NCBI GenBank assembly: GCA_035937715.1
Contig: DASZHQ010000023.1
Location: 1 to 58,707, forward strand
Origin: Steroidobacteraceae bacterium
GTDB lineage: Bacteria > Pseudomonadota > Gammaproteobacteria > Steroidobacterales > Steroidobacteraceae
Reading direction: 5' to 3'
Length of the DNA stretch: 58,707 nucleotides
Position 1 is the stretch's first letter; every line of letters starts with the position of its first letter. The notes beneath the pieces were generated by a model, which had not been told where the DNA came from, made no database searches, and saw nothing but the letters and a program-made list of their open reading frames with translations. This document shows positions 27,760-36,320 of this stretch, piece after piece. The position numbers were made by a program, and so were the translations under genes.

Positions 27760-28164
27760 CTAGGCTTCGATCTTGAAGTCGAACTCGTAACTGTGCGCGC
27801 CATCCGCGGCGACGGTGATGGTCATCTTGCCGCTGATGCCGCGCAGCTCTCCGGTGCCGGAATCCGGCACGACGACGATCGATGAGACCGGGGTGCCGCG
27901 GGTCATCGTGGCACTGTGCTGCAGGACGAAGCCACCGGCGCGCCCCTTGAGCGTTCCGGTCACGCGCTCCATGGCGACGTAGCCGGCCGAGCCCGGCGTG
28001 TCCGTCTGGGTGGCCAGCATCTCGCCCTTGCTGATGCCTTCGAGATCGCCGTGGAAGCGCTTATCGATGGTGAGGCGGCCGAAGTTGGCCGCGCGCGCGA
28101 TCTGCGTGTCGGGTTTCTGCGGGGTGACTTTCACGTCGAAAGATCCGGCGGCGCGCTGGCTCAT
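27760..28164 (-). CDS. DUF3224 domain protein
   Basis: 134 aa. FDVKVTPQK......GRLTIDKRFHGDLEG.S.GEML...GSAGYVA.E.V.G.L.GR.G.FVLQH is the pattern of that family as I recall it. Confidence 0.75.
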   Translation of the reverse strand: MSQRAAGSFDVKVTPQKPDTQIARAANFGRLTIDKRFHGDLEGISKGEMLATQTDTPGSAGYVAMERVTGTLKGRAGGFVLQHSATMTRGTPVSSIVVVPDSGTGELRGISGKMTITVAADGAHSYEFDFKIEA

Positions 28165-28188
28165 GGGCTCGAGTCTCCTTCAGCAGTG

Positions 28189-28719
28189 TCAGTCCGGCAT
28201 GGGCGGCATCTGTCCCGCGAGCACATCCTCGAAGCCGAAGTTGCGCAGATCCCGCACGCGCTGCGGGAAGAGGATCCCGTCGAGGTGGTCCACCTCGTGC
28301 TGCACCACCCGGGCGTGAAACCCCTCGACGCTACGATCGATCGGCACTCCCTGCGGGTCGAATCCCTGATAGCGGACCCGTCGATAGCGCGGCACGAGGC
28401 CGCGCATGCCGGGAACCGACAGGCATCCTTCCCACCCCTCATCCTGCTCGGCACTGAGCGGTGTGACAAGCGGATTGATCAGCACCGTGTAGGGCACCGG
28501 GGTGAGGTGCGGATAGCGCGGATTGTCCTTGAGCTCGAAGATGACGACCCGTGCGCTCACACCGATCTGCGGCGCGGCGAGCCCTGCGCCGCTCAGCGCG
28601 CGCATGGTGTCCTCCATGTCGGCGACCAGCACGGCGAGCTCCGCGTCGTAGCGCGTGACCGCGGCGGCCACGTTGTGCAGCAGCGGCTCGCCCATTCTCA
28701 AGACACGTCGCACCGCCAT
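28189..28719 (-). CDS. def: Peptide deformylase
   Basis: All three PDF motifs are present: GAGLAAPQIG, EGCLSVPG, QHEVDHLDG. Start taken at MAVRRVLRMGEP. The 100-codon N-terminal extension in the ORF track overlaps pqqE and is rejected. Confidence 0.9.
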   Translation of the reverse strand: MAVRRVLRMGEPLLHNVAAAVTRYDAELAVLVADMEDTMRALSGAGLAAPQIGVSARVVIFELKDNPRYPHLTPVPYTVLINPLVTPLSAEQDEGWEGCLSVPGMRGLVPRYRRVRYQGFDPQGVPIDRSVEGFHARVVQHEVDHLDGILFPQRVRDLRNFGFEDVLAGQMPPMPD

Positions 28720-28745
28720 GTCACTCTCCAGGAGCCGCGCCGGCG

Positions 28746-30044
28746 CTAACGGCGGGTCACAGGCTCGCCCGCGACCACTGGTATGGAGGTGCGGTGATCG
28801 CGAAAATGCAGCACGTGCTCGCGCGCCACTCCCGCCGCGCCCTGCGCAGCCGGCGCGCCCGCCGCGGCTGCGCGCTCGGCCCGCGCCACCGCCGCCGTCA
28901 CCAGCGCGTGGTGCGGCGAGAGGTCGCACACCGGGTCGGCGTTGTCCGCATCGCCGGTCAGCAGGTACGCCTGGCAGCGGCAGCCGCCGAAGTCCCGGGA
29001 CCTCTCCGGGCAGCTGCGGCAAGGCTCCTTCATCCAGGCCTCGCCGCGAAAGCGGTTGAAGGCCGGCGAGTCGTACCAGATGGCACGGATGCCGGACTCG
29101 CGCACGTTCGGCAGGTCGAGGCCAGGCAGCATGCGCGCTGCGTGGCAGGGCATGGCTGTGCCGTCGGGGGCAACGGCGAGGAACACCGAGCCGAGCCCGC
29201 TCATGCAGGCCTTAGGGCGCGTCTCGAAGTAGTCGGGCACGACGAAGTAGATCTGCATGCGCCCGCCCACGCGCTCGCGAAAACGCTGCGTGGCAGCTTC
29301 CGCGCGCTCGAGCTGAGCACGGCTCGGCAGGAGCTGTTCGCGGTTGAGCCACGCCCAGCCGTAGTACTGGGTGTTGGCGAGCTCCACATACTGCGCTCCC
29401 ATCGCTTCCGCCATGCCGAGGATCTCGTCCACGTGGTCGATGTTGAGTCGGTGCAGCACGACGTTCAGCACCATCGGATAGTCGTAGCGGCGGATGAGCG
29501 CCGCGACTTTCGCCTTCAGCTCGAAGGTGTGGGTGCTGCTCAAGAAATCATTCAGCTCGCGCGTGCTGTCCTGAAAGGACAACTGGATATGATCGAGGCC
29601 CGCGGCCTTCAGCGCCCTGATGCGCGTCTCCGTCATGCCGACGCCGGAGGTGATGAGGTTGATGTAATAGCCGAGTCCGTGCGCCGCGCCGACGATCGTC
29701 TCCAGATCATCGCGCACCAGGGGCTCCCCGCCCGAGAGTCCGAGCTGCACTGCCCCGAGTGCGCGCGCCTCACCGAGCACGCGGATCCAGTCCGCCGTCG
29801 GCAGCTCCGCAGCGCTGCTGGCCAACTCGGTGGGGTTGTAGCAGTACACGCAGTGCAGCGGGCAGCGATAGGTGAGCTCCAGCAGCAGCCACAGCGGTGG
29901 CCCAGGCCCCCCTCCCTGCGCGCTCTGCGGCGGCGGGCCCGGGCGCGCAGCCTGCACTTGGGTGTCCGCAGCGCCGGCGCCCGCCTCCACCGGCGAGCCG
30001 TTCGGCGCCGACAACCCCTGGCCGATTGGTGGACCGCCGCTCAC
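28746..30044 (-). CDS. pqqE: PqqE, radical SAM/SPASM PQQ biosynthesis enzyme
   Basis: LLLELTYRCPLHCVYCYNP radical-SAM cluster motif and a C-terminal SPASM Cys cluster (CRSCPERSRDFGGCRCQA). GTG start overlaps the pqqD stop (GTGA). This leaves about 50 aa of Gly/Pro/Ala-rich N-terminus, so a later start is possible. Confidence 0.9.
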   Translation of the reverse strand: MSGGPPIGQGLSAPNGSPVEAGAGAADTQVQAARPGPPPQSAQGGGPGPPLWLLLELTYRCPLHCVYCYNPTELASSAAELPTADWIRVLGEARALGAVQLGLSGGEPLVRDDLETIVGAAHGLGYYINLITSGVGMTETRIRALKAAGLDHIQLSFQDSTRELNDFLSSTHTFELKAKVAALIRRYDYPMVLNVVLHRLNIDHVDEILGMAEAMGAQYVELANTQYYGWAWLNREQLLPSRAQLERAEAATQRFRERVGGRMQIYFVVPDYFETRPKACMSGLGSVFLAVAPDGTAMPCHAARMLPGLDLPNVRESGIRAIWYDSPAFNRFRGEAWMKEPCRSCPERSRDFGGCRCQAYLLTGDADNADPVCDLSPHHALVTAAVARAERAAAAGAPAAQGAAGVAREHVLHFRDHRTSIPVVAGEPVTRR

Positions 30045-30319
30045 TCGCGCAACTCCAGCCAGTTCTTCTCGAGCGCCAGCGCGACGAAAGCACTCACGTC
30101 GGCGGCAAGCCCCGCGAGGCCGTAGCTGCGCTCGAGGTCGGTGACGATGTCGGCGAGCGTGCGCACGCCGTCGCAGCGGCTCATGATGGCGCCGGCGCTG
30201 CTGTTGAGCTTGACCATGCCTTCGGGGTAGAGCAGTACGTGCGCTTGCTGCGCCGCTTCCCACTGCAGGCGCATACCGCGTGCCACGGCGGGTCGGCAGT
30301 CCGGCGCGGGCGTGCTCAC
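30041..30319 (-). CDS. pqqD: PqqD, PQQ biosynthesis peptide chaperone
   Basis: The last 92 codons of ORF 30041..31021: ...[45 protein letters not shown]... GTG start overlaps the pqqC stop (GTGA). Confidence 0.88.
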   Translation of the reverse strand: MSTPAPDCRPAVARGMRLQWEAAQQAHVLLYPEGMVKLNSSAGAIMSRCDGVRTLADIVTDLERSYGLAGLAADVSAFVALALEKNWLELRE

Positions 30320-31014
30320 GGGTTCGGCCCGTAAGCGAGCGCCATGGCATCGTTCATCTGCCACAGCACATCGAGCTTGAACTGCAGGATCTCGAGCGCG
30401 CGCTCCTGCGCGAGACGCGTGTAAAAGCGCTCGAGCGTCACCGCGAGAGCGAACTCGACATCGCGCTGCGCGCGACTGGCGCGGCTCTGGAAGTAGCTCA
30501 GGCCGGCGCGATCGATCCACGGGTAATGCTCGGGCCAGCTGGCGAGTCGCTGTCGGTGGATCTGCGGCGCGAACAGCTCGGTGAGTGAGGCACACACGGC
30601 TTCCGGCCAGGGCGCGCGGCGCGCGAAGTTGACATAAGCATCCACCGCAAAGCGCACGCCCGGCAGCAGCTTGCTCAGGCTCTCCACCTCCCCGCGCTCG
30701 AGTCCCACGGCCTCGGCCAGCCGCAGCCACGACTCGATTCCGCCCGGATCGTCGCCGTGCCCATCGTGATCGAGAATGCGCTGCACCCAGTTGCGGCGCA
30801 CGGCGCGCTCGTCGCAGTTGGCGAGAATGGCCGCATCCTTTACGGGGATATTGATCTGGTAGTAGAAGCGGTTCGCCACCCAGCCGCGAATCTGCTCCGG
30901 CGTTGCCCTGCCGGTGTTCAGCATCACGTTGAAGGGGTGATGAATGTGGTAAGCGCGGCCGCGCTCGCGCAGACGTTGCTCGAACTCCTCCCGTGTCCAT
31001 GCGGCGGCCGTCAC
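30316..31014 (-). CDS. pqqC: PqqC, pyrroloquinoline-quinone synthase
   Basis: [37 protein letters not shown], a hallmark of PqqC. GTG start overlaps the pqqB stop. Confidence 0.95.
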   Translation of the reverse strand: MTAAAWTREEFEQRLRERGRAYHIHHPFNVMLNTGRATPEQIRGWVANRFYYQINIPVKDAAILANCDERAVRRNWVQRILDHDGHGDDPGGIESWLRLAEAVGLERGEVESLSKLLPGVRFAVDAYVNFARRAPWPEAVCASLTELFAPQIHRQRLASWPEHYPWIDRAGLSYFQSRASRAQRDVEFALAVTLERFYTRLAQERALEILQFKLDVLWQMNDAMALAYGPNP

Positions 31015-31931
31015 AGCTCAATCTCCAGGCCGTCCCAGGCGACCTCGATCCCGCGGCGCGTGAGCTCGGCGCGTTGTGCGGAATCCTCGTCGAGAATCGG
31101 ATTGGAGTTGTTCACGTGGATCAGGATTCTGCGGGTGCCGCCGGGGAGCTTGTCGAGCCACTCGAGCATACCCCCGGGGCCGCTCTGCGGCAGGTGGCCG
31201 ATGTCGCGTGCGCGCTTAGCCGAAAGTCCGAGTGAAGGCATCTCGTCATCGCTCCAGAACGTGCCGTCGACGAGGACGCACGCGGCCGCCTGCATGGCGC
31301 GCCACACCGCCTCCTCCATCGACCCCAGGCCCGGGGCATACACCGCCGTCCGGGCGGTGCCGGCGTCGCCGATCACGAGCGCCACGTTGTCCCCCGCCAC
31401 GGGTCTCTCGCGATGCGCTGAGTAAGGCGCGGGCTTGCTCGCCACGGCAAGCGCGCGCCAGGTAACGTCGGCGATCCCATCGACCGTGAACTCGCGCCCG
31501 TCGGGCGTCATGCTGCGCCGGTCGACACCGCAGTAGTGCCCAAGGACCCCGAAGACGGGATTGCCACGTGTCAGGTCCGCATGGACATTGTCCGTGCACC
31601 AGATCGGAAGCGCTGCGCGGGACTCGCGCAGCATGAAAAGTCCCGTCGTGTGGTCGATCTGCCCATCCACCAGCACGATGCCCACGATCGCGCTGTCGCG
31701 CGCGGCGCGCGCCGGTTGCAGGACGGGATTGGCCTTGAGCTGCGCGAGGATGTCGGGCGAGGCGTTCACGAGCGCCCAGGCGCTGCGGTTGCGGCCGCAA
31801 ACACCGATCGAAGACTGAGTTCGGGGAAGAGCCCGCACAGTACCGTCGCGGACGCCCGAACAGTTGCGGCAGTTGCAGTTCCACTGGGGAAAACCGCCGC
31901 CGGCAGCAGACCCCAGCACCCGGATCTTCAC
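31011..31931 (-). CDS. pqqB: PqqB, metallo-beta-lactamase-fold PQQ biosynthesis protein
   Basis: [23 protein letters not shown]...IDHTTGL. GTG start at 31929-31931. Confidence 0.93.
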   Translation of the reverse strand: MKIRVLGSAAGGGFPQWNCNCRNCSGVRDGTVRALPRTQSSIGVCGRNRSAWALVNASPDILAQLKANPVLQPARAARDSAIVGIVLVDGQIDHTTGLFMLRESRAALPIWCTDNVHADLTRGNPVFGVLGHYCGVDRRSMTPDGREFTVDGIADVTWRALAVASKPAPYSAHRERPVAGDNVALVIGDAGTARTAVYAPGLGSMEEAVWRAMQAAACVLVDGTFWSDDEMPSLGLSAKRARDIGHLPQSGPGGMLEWLDKLPGGTRRILIHVNNSNPILDEDSAQRAELTRRGIEVAWDGLEIEL

Positions 31932-32017
31932 GGTTTGGCTCGAGCAGCAGGCCGGGTCCCGCGCCCAACGGGCTTACGGAGCCCGGCGGCCAGGCTCCCA
32001 GCCCTTTCCGCTTCAGC

Positions 32018-32092
32018 CTAGCGGTTCGCGATATACATCGTGATTTCCATACCGAAACGGAAATCAGTCGCTCGTGGCGTTTCCCAGCGCAT
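32018..32092 (-). CDS. pqqA: PqqA, PQQ precursor peptide (24 aa: MRWETPRATDFRFGMEITMYIANR)
   Basis: Hand-translated; too short for the ORF track. It contains the conserved E-x3-Y (EITMY) cross-link pair and the W..P N-terminal motif. AAGGAA precedes the ATG, and it sits 86 nt upstream of pqqB. Confidence 0.9.
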   Translation of the reverse strand: MRWETPRATDFRFGMEITMYIANR

Positions 32093-32232
32093 AGTCTTAG
32101 TTCCTTCGTTGGGTCAATTGGACACGGTCTACAAGTACCAGTGTATCCTTCTCCGGGCAGGCGGGAGACGAAAGCGGATGATCATGAAAGTGACCTCATG
32201 ATTTTCTTGAGGCCACGGGATTAGGTCCGTCC
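32093..32232. promoter_or_regulatory. Divergent promoter region between pqqA and the sensor kinase gene
   Basis: The lowest-GC stretch of the island. It contains the palindrome ATGATCAT (32178..32185) and two TCATGA hexamers 14 nt apart (32182..32187, 32196..32201). Confidence 0.4.
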
Positions 32233-33579
32233 ATGAAGCTGCGAACGCGCCTGAACCTGGTGCTGACCGGCCTGACCGCGGTGCTCGTAGCGGTGCTGGT
32301 CGCCGACGAGATCCGTGATACGCGCTCCTCCGTCAGAGAGGAGGTCGAGGCGGCGAACCGCGTGGCCGCCCATGTCCTGGGGCGCCTCGCCCCGGAGTAC
32401 TCCGGCTCAGGCGGCACCGCGGCCGTCCACGATCTGCTGCAGCAGCTCGGCCATGTGCGTGCCAACGAGATCACGCTACGCGCGGCGTCCGGGGAGGTCC
32501 TCTACCACTCTCCCCCGCCGGTCTACAAAGCCGGCCGCGAGGCGCCGGCGTGGTTCACGCATCTGCTGGCGCCGCGGCCCGCGCGACAAGTGTTCCCGCT
32601 CGCGGGCGGCGCGCAGCTCGTGATCGAGGCACAGCCCTCGCGCGCCATACTCGACGCCTGGGACGATCTCACGCGGCTGGTGGCCATTGCGGGGGTCATG
32701 CTGCTCGTGCTCAGCGGGCTCGCCTTCTGGCTGGTGGACCGGGCGCTGGCCCCGTTTCCCGTCATCGTCGACGGCCTCGAGCGCCTGAAGCGCGGCGAAT
32801 TCGCATTCCGCCTCCCGCCGCTGCCCGGAGCCGAGGCGCACGCGATCGGTGCGGCGTTCAATCGCATGGCGCACGCAGTGGAGAACAACGTGCACGTGGA
32901 ACGCGAGGCACGCGAGGCCCGCACCCGGCTGGAAGAGCGCCGCGAGCTGGCGCTGCTGGTCGAGCAGAGCGTCGAGGAGGAGCGGCGTCTGATCGCACAC
33001 GAGCTGCACGATGAGCTCGGGCAGTCGGTCACCGCCATGCGCAGTCTCGCCATGGCGATCGCGACGCAGTCGCGTGAACCGGACATGAGCGAGGCGGCGC
33101 GCCTGATCTGCGACGAGGCGGCACGCCTCTACGACGCGATGCACGGCCTCATCCCGCGCCTCAGGCCGCTGTCCCTCGACACGCTCGGACTTGCGGAATC
33201 CCTCGAGAGCCTGGTGCGCGACTGGCAGCGCCGCCAGTCGTCCCCGCTCCTGTCGCTGCGGCACCAATTGCCGTCGGACCTGGGCACCAGCGCAACGCTC
33301 GCGGCCTACCGCGTGGTGCAGGAAGGGTTGGTCAACGCCCTGCGTCACGCCCACGCCACTTGCGTTGTGATCGATGTCAGCTCCACCGGCCAGCGCATGA
33401 TCGTCTCGGTGACCGACGACGGTATCGGTCTGCCGGCGCAATGGTCGCGGCCGGGTCGCTTCGGGCTGCGCGGTCTGGCGGAACGGGTAGAGCACCTCGG
33501 CGGGACTTTGCAGGTGCGCAACAGCGAGCCGCGCGGTGTGTGCCTGACGGCGGAGATTCCGCTGGCGGTGGGCGCATGA
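32233..33579 (+). CDS. Sensor histidine kinase (TM, HAMP, HisKA_3, HATPase), ExaD/PedS2-like
   Basis: Two TM segments, a HAMP region, the H-box HELHDELGQSVTAM, and N/G boxes (VTDDGIGL, GLRGLAERV). Confidence 0.88.
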   Translation: MKLRTRLNLVLTGLTAVLVAVLVADEIRDTRSSVREEVEAANRVAAHVLGRLAPEYSGSGGTAAVHDLLQQLGHVRANEITLRAASGEVLYHSPPPVYKAGREAPAWFTHLLAPRPARQVFPLAGGAQLVIEAQPSRAILDAWDDLTRLVAIAGVMLLVLSGLAFWLVDRALAPFPVIVDGLERLKRGEFAFRLPPLPGAEAHAIGAAFNRMAHAVENNVHVEREAREARTRLEERRELALLVEQSVEEERRLIAHELHDELGQSVTAMRSLAMAIATQSREPDMSEAARLICDEAARLYDAMHGLIPRLRPLSLDTLGLAESLESLVRDWQRRQSSPLLSLRHQLPSDLGTSATLAAYRVVQEGLVNALRHAHATCVVIDVSSTGQRMIVSVTDDGIGLPAQWSRPGRFGLRGLAERVEHLGGTLQVRNSEPRGVCLTAEIPLAVGA

Positions 33580-34211
33580 TCCGCGTGCTGCTCGTAGACG
33601 ATCATTCGGTGGTGCGTACCGGCTTTCGCCTGTTGCTGCAGGCGCATGCGCAGACCACGGTGGTTGGTGAAGCGGACTCGGGAGAAAGCGCCTGCCAGCG
33701 TTACCTCGAGCTCACGCCGGATGTGGTCGTCATGGATCTCGCCATGCCCGGCATGGGCGGACTGGAGGCACTGCGGCGCATTCGTGCGCACCATCCGCAG
33801 GCGCGGGTGCTGGCGCTCTCGGCTCACGATGACCCGGTGCACGCGCGGCGGGCGCTACGCGAGGGCGCGCGCGGTTTTCTCTCCAAGCGCAGCGCACCGG
33901 AAGCGTTGCTCGAGGCGATCACGACCGTAGCGGCAGGCCGCCGCTACGTCGACGTCAACCTCGCGCAAAGGCTCGCGCTGGATGACGTGGAAGGCGCCGG
34001 CAAGTCCTCCGTGGAGCGCCTATCGGAGCGTGAGTTCGATGTGTTCGTGCGCCTGGCCGGCGGCGCCAGCGTACAGCGCATCGCCGAAGACCTGAAGCTG
34101 TCCGCGTCCACAGTCGGGACGCACCTCTACAACATCAAGCAGAAGCTCGGGGTCTCGAACCAGGCCGAGCTGACGCTGATCGCGATCCGGCACGGACTGC
34201 TCGAGGCGTAA
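33576..34211 (+). CDS. LuxR/FixJ (NarL) family response regulator, ExaE/PedR2-like
   Basis: MIRVLLVDDHSVVRTG...VVMDLAMPGMGG receiver domain plus a C-terminal LuxR HTH (LSEREFDVFVRLAGGASVQRIAEDLKLSASTVGTHLYNIKQKL). ATGA overlap with the kinase stop. Confidence 0.92.
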   Translation: MIRVLLVDDHSVVRTGFRLLLQAHAQTTVVGEADSGESACQRYLELTPDVVVMDLAMPGMGGLEALRRIRAHHPQARVLALSAHDDPVHARRALREGARGFLSKRSAPEALLEAITTVAAGRRYVDVNLAQRLALDDVEGAGKSSVERLSEREFDVFVRLAGGASVQRIAEDLKLSASTVGTHLYNIKQKLGVSNQAELTLIAIRHGLLEA

Positions 34212-34248
34212 GGCCGTCGCCTCCGCTCTGCGAGCGTGGCGGTGCGGC

Positions 34249-34503
34249 TCAGCGCTCCGGTCCGCGCGCCACCGCCACGCGGCGCGTCAGCCGTTCGAGT
34301 GAGCGCCGCGCCGCCGCCTTCGCGATGTGCTTGCACCACAGCGGCTCGCGCTGGCTGCCCTGGCGGCGAAACCTGTCGCAATCACAAGTCCACAGGATCC
34401 GGTCATCCTGTGTCCTCAGCACCTGCACGGTGCGGCTGGGGAAGCTGTAGGTCCCGAGAACCTCGTTCTGCGCCTCGCGACGCCGACGAAAGCGGATGGC
34501 CAT
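34249..34503 (-). CDS. Small SWIM-type zinc-finger protein
   Basis: 84 aa with CDCDRF...(16 aa)...WCKHI, which fits the CxC-x(n)-CxH SWIM signature. Confidence 0.6.
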   Translation of the reverse strand: MAIRFRRRREAQNEVLGTYSFPSRTVQVLRTQDDRILWTCDCDRFRRQGSQREPLWCKHIAKAAARRSLERLTRRVAVARGPER

Positions 34504-34527
34504 GGCACGAGCCTAGCGCAGCTCGGC

Positions 34528-34570
34528 TGTGGATTGCCTGTGGATTACCTGTGACTACTTGTGCATTGCC
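34528..34570. repeat. Four tandem imperfect repeats of about 11 bp (TGTGGATTGCC TGTGGATTACC TGTGACTACT TGTGCATTGCC)
   Basis: Read directly from the sequence, 25 nt upstream of the SWIM gene start on the minus strand. Helical-turn periodicity. Confidence 0.7.
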
Positions 34571-34664
34571 GGCGCGTGCTCGGACTGCGGCGAAACACAG
34601 CACCGATGCTGCCGAGCAGCAAAGCCGCATCGAGCACGACCTGCGCGCTCGCGAGCCGCTCGCA

Positions 34665-35264
34665 TCACGAGGAAACGATCTTGGCCTTGATGGCTTCGTA
34701 CTCGGCGTCCGTGATGAGCTTCGCGTCCAGCATTTCCTTGGCCTCCCGGAGCCGGCGCACGGCCTCCCCTTGGGCGGGCGCCGCGGCGGCGGGGCCGGAG
34801 CTCACCTGGATGCCACCCGAGCGAGCGCGCAATTCCTCCAGCTCGCGCACGCGGCGCTTCTCGCGCCACGCCTGGTCCTGGCTCTGGCAGATACGATAGA
34901 CGGCCTGCGACTGCTCCTTGCGCAGGCCCTGGAACTCGATCCGCTGCGCGCCCTGCGCGCCGAGGGAGGCGAGATCCGTCGCCTTGCCGGCGCGCAGCGC
35001 GAGGTCAGCGCTCAGCATGCCGACGCTGAGGGTAACCTCCTCCAGGTCCTGCCAGCGGATGGTGGTGACGTCGAATCCGCCGAGGAGCCGGCGCGCCAGC
35101 ACGATCAGCCGGCCGCTGGTGGCGGCGAGGAGGAGCCTGCGGTGCGTGAGCGCGAACAGCCGCCGCTGGATCGTCCACGCCTCGAGAATCTCACCCGCAA
35201 TCAGCACCGAGCGCAGTTCCGCAAGCGGCCTCTCGAGCCCCGCCTCGTTCATTGCGTCGTTCAT
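34665..35264 (-). CDS. Bacterial PH-domain protein with C-terminal SHOCT domain
   Basis: The N-terminal region resembles bPH/YdbT-like modules (LLLAATSGRLIVLARRLLGGFDVTTIRWQDLEEV). The C-terminus, LREAKEMLDAKLITDAEYEAIKAKIV, is a SHOCT-type motif. Confidence 0.65.
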   Translation of the reverse strand: MNDAMNEAGLERPLAELRSVLIAGEILEAWTIQRRLFALTHRRLLLAATSGRLIVLARRLLGGFDVTTIRWQDLEEVTLSVGMLSADLALRAGKATDLASLGAQGAQRIEFQGLRKEQSQAVYRICQSQDQAWREKRRVRELEELRARSGGIQVSSGPAAAAPAQGEAVRRLREAKEMLDAKLITDAEYEAIKAKIVSS

Positions 35265-35276
35265 GGTTCGGGCCTC

Positions 35277-36092
35277 TCAGGGTTCTTTTTTCTTCACGAT
35301 CTCGGCGCGAAACTCGCGCAGCTTCGCCTTGATGGCGCGCTCGTTGGCCGGCCCCATGCGGATCAGGAGTTTCTGTCCGGCCGAGCGGCCCTCCAGGTTC
35401 TTATCGGCGTACTCCCACAGTACCTTCGGCTGCACGAGCTGGATGGGCGCGGACAGCTCGGGCGCCTCCAGCAGGTGATCGATTACCTCCACCAGGCGGT
35501 CGTTGAAATACTTGCCCGGATAGCCGAGATCCTCGTACGCCTGCTGGAACAGTGGGTACAGCCGCTCGTACACCACTGCCAGCGCCTTGGGGTCGGCGCC
35601 TTCCACCATGCGCACCAGCGGCGCGTAGCGCGCGAAGTTCGCCTCGCTGAGCGTGGTGATCTCGCCCTGCTTCGAGGTCACGGCCTGTCCGGGTGTCGGC
35701 TTGACGGGCCGCAGCTCGACGGCGACGCGATGCCGCGGCAGGTTATCGACCGTCACCACGATGTGCCGCACGAGGTTCTGCGGCACGAGAAACTGATCGA
35801 CCAAATTGCGGCCGACGACCCCGGCGAGCGAGTCGTGCGTCACCTGATCGCTGTCATTGAGCGCCGGCAATGCGGCGGCGCCGTTCACCTCACCCGGGAT
35901 GGGATGTGAGATCTGCGGGGCGCTGCTCGCCGGCGTCGGCGCGGCGGGAGTGACGGGGGCCGCCGGAGCGGCGCTGCGCATGCGCCCGGCGTACCAGTAC
36001 CAGCCGCCGAAGGCAACGGCGGCGGCGGCGATGATGCCGATCACCCACGCGACCTTGCGGTGGGCCAGATCTTCCAGTTCCTCTTCCCACAT
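35277..36092 (-). CDS. DUF3014 family protein (single N-terminal TM segment)
   Basis: TM segment VAWVIGIIAAAAVAFGGWYWY, then LNDSD....D.L......LV..FLVP.NLVR.IV.TVDNLPR, a pattern I recall for DUF3014. Confidence 0.75.
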   Translation of the reverse strand: MWEEELEDLAHRKVAWVIGIIAAAAVAFGGWYWYAGRMRSAAPAAPVTPAAPTPASSAPQISHPIPGEVNGAAALPALNDSDQVTHDSLAGVVGRNLVDQFLVPQNLVRHIVVTVDNLPRHRVAVELRPVKPTPGQAVTSKQGEITTLSEANFARYAPLVRMVEGADPKALAVVYERLYPLFQQAYEDLGYPGKYFNDRLVEVIDHLLEAPELSAPIQLVQPKVLWEYADKNLEGRSAGQKLLIRMGPANERAIKAKLREFRAEIVKKKEP

Positions 36093-36320
36093 CCTGGCGG
36101 CATCCCCTCGACTTAGGTCACAAGCCCCGCCACTTTACTCCGGTTTCGCGCGCCGGGCTGCCTCGCGGCGTGGCCCGTCGCGGCCAGGGCCGCGGCCGGT
36201 CCCGCGGGCGGTGCACGTGCACCCGGCATACAGCTGCGCGACGCTCTGCGCACTGGGTGCTGTGTGAATTTGCGTTCCGCCAAATGCGGGCCGGGCGCGG
36301 TGTGTGTTTCAATTCGCACC

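Noticed and set aside
28720-29022. N-terminal extensions of ORF-track calls: def to 29022, gcvPA to 57242, xoxF to 15852, porin to 17763, pqqD ORF to 31021, pqqE to 30350, HIT to 48191, HAD to 48613, decarboxylase to 49692, dgkA to 54367, lhr from 36264
   Set aside because: The extensions overlap the upstream genes and are low complexity. Internal starts give canonical N-termini or signal peptides, RBS motifs, or overlapping stop/start junctions.
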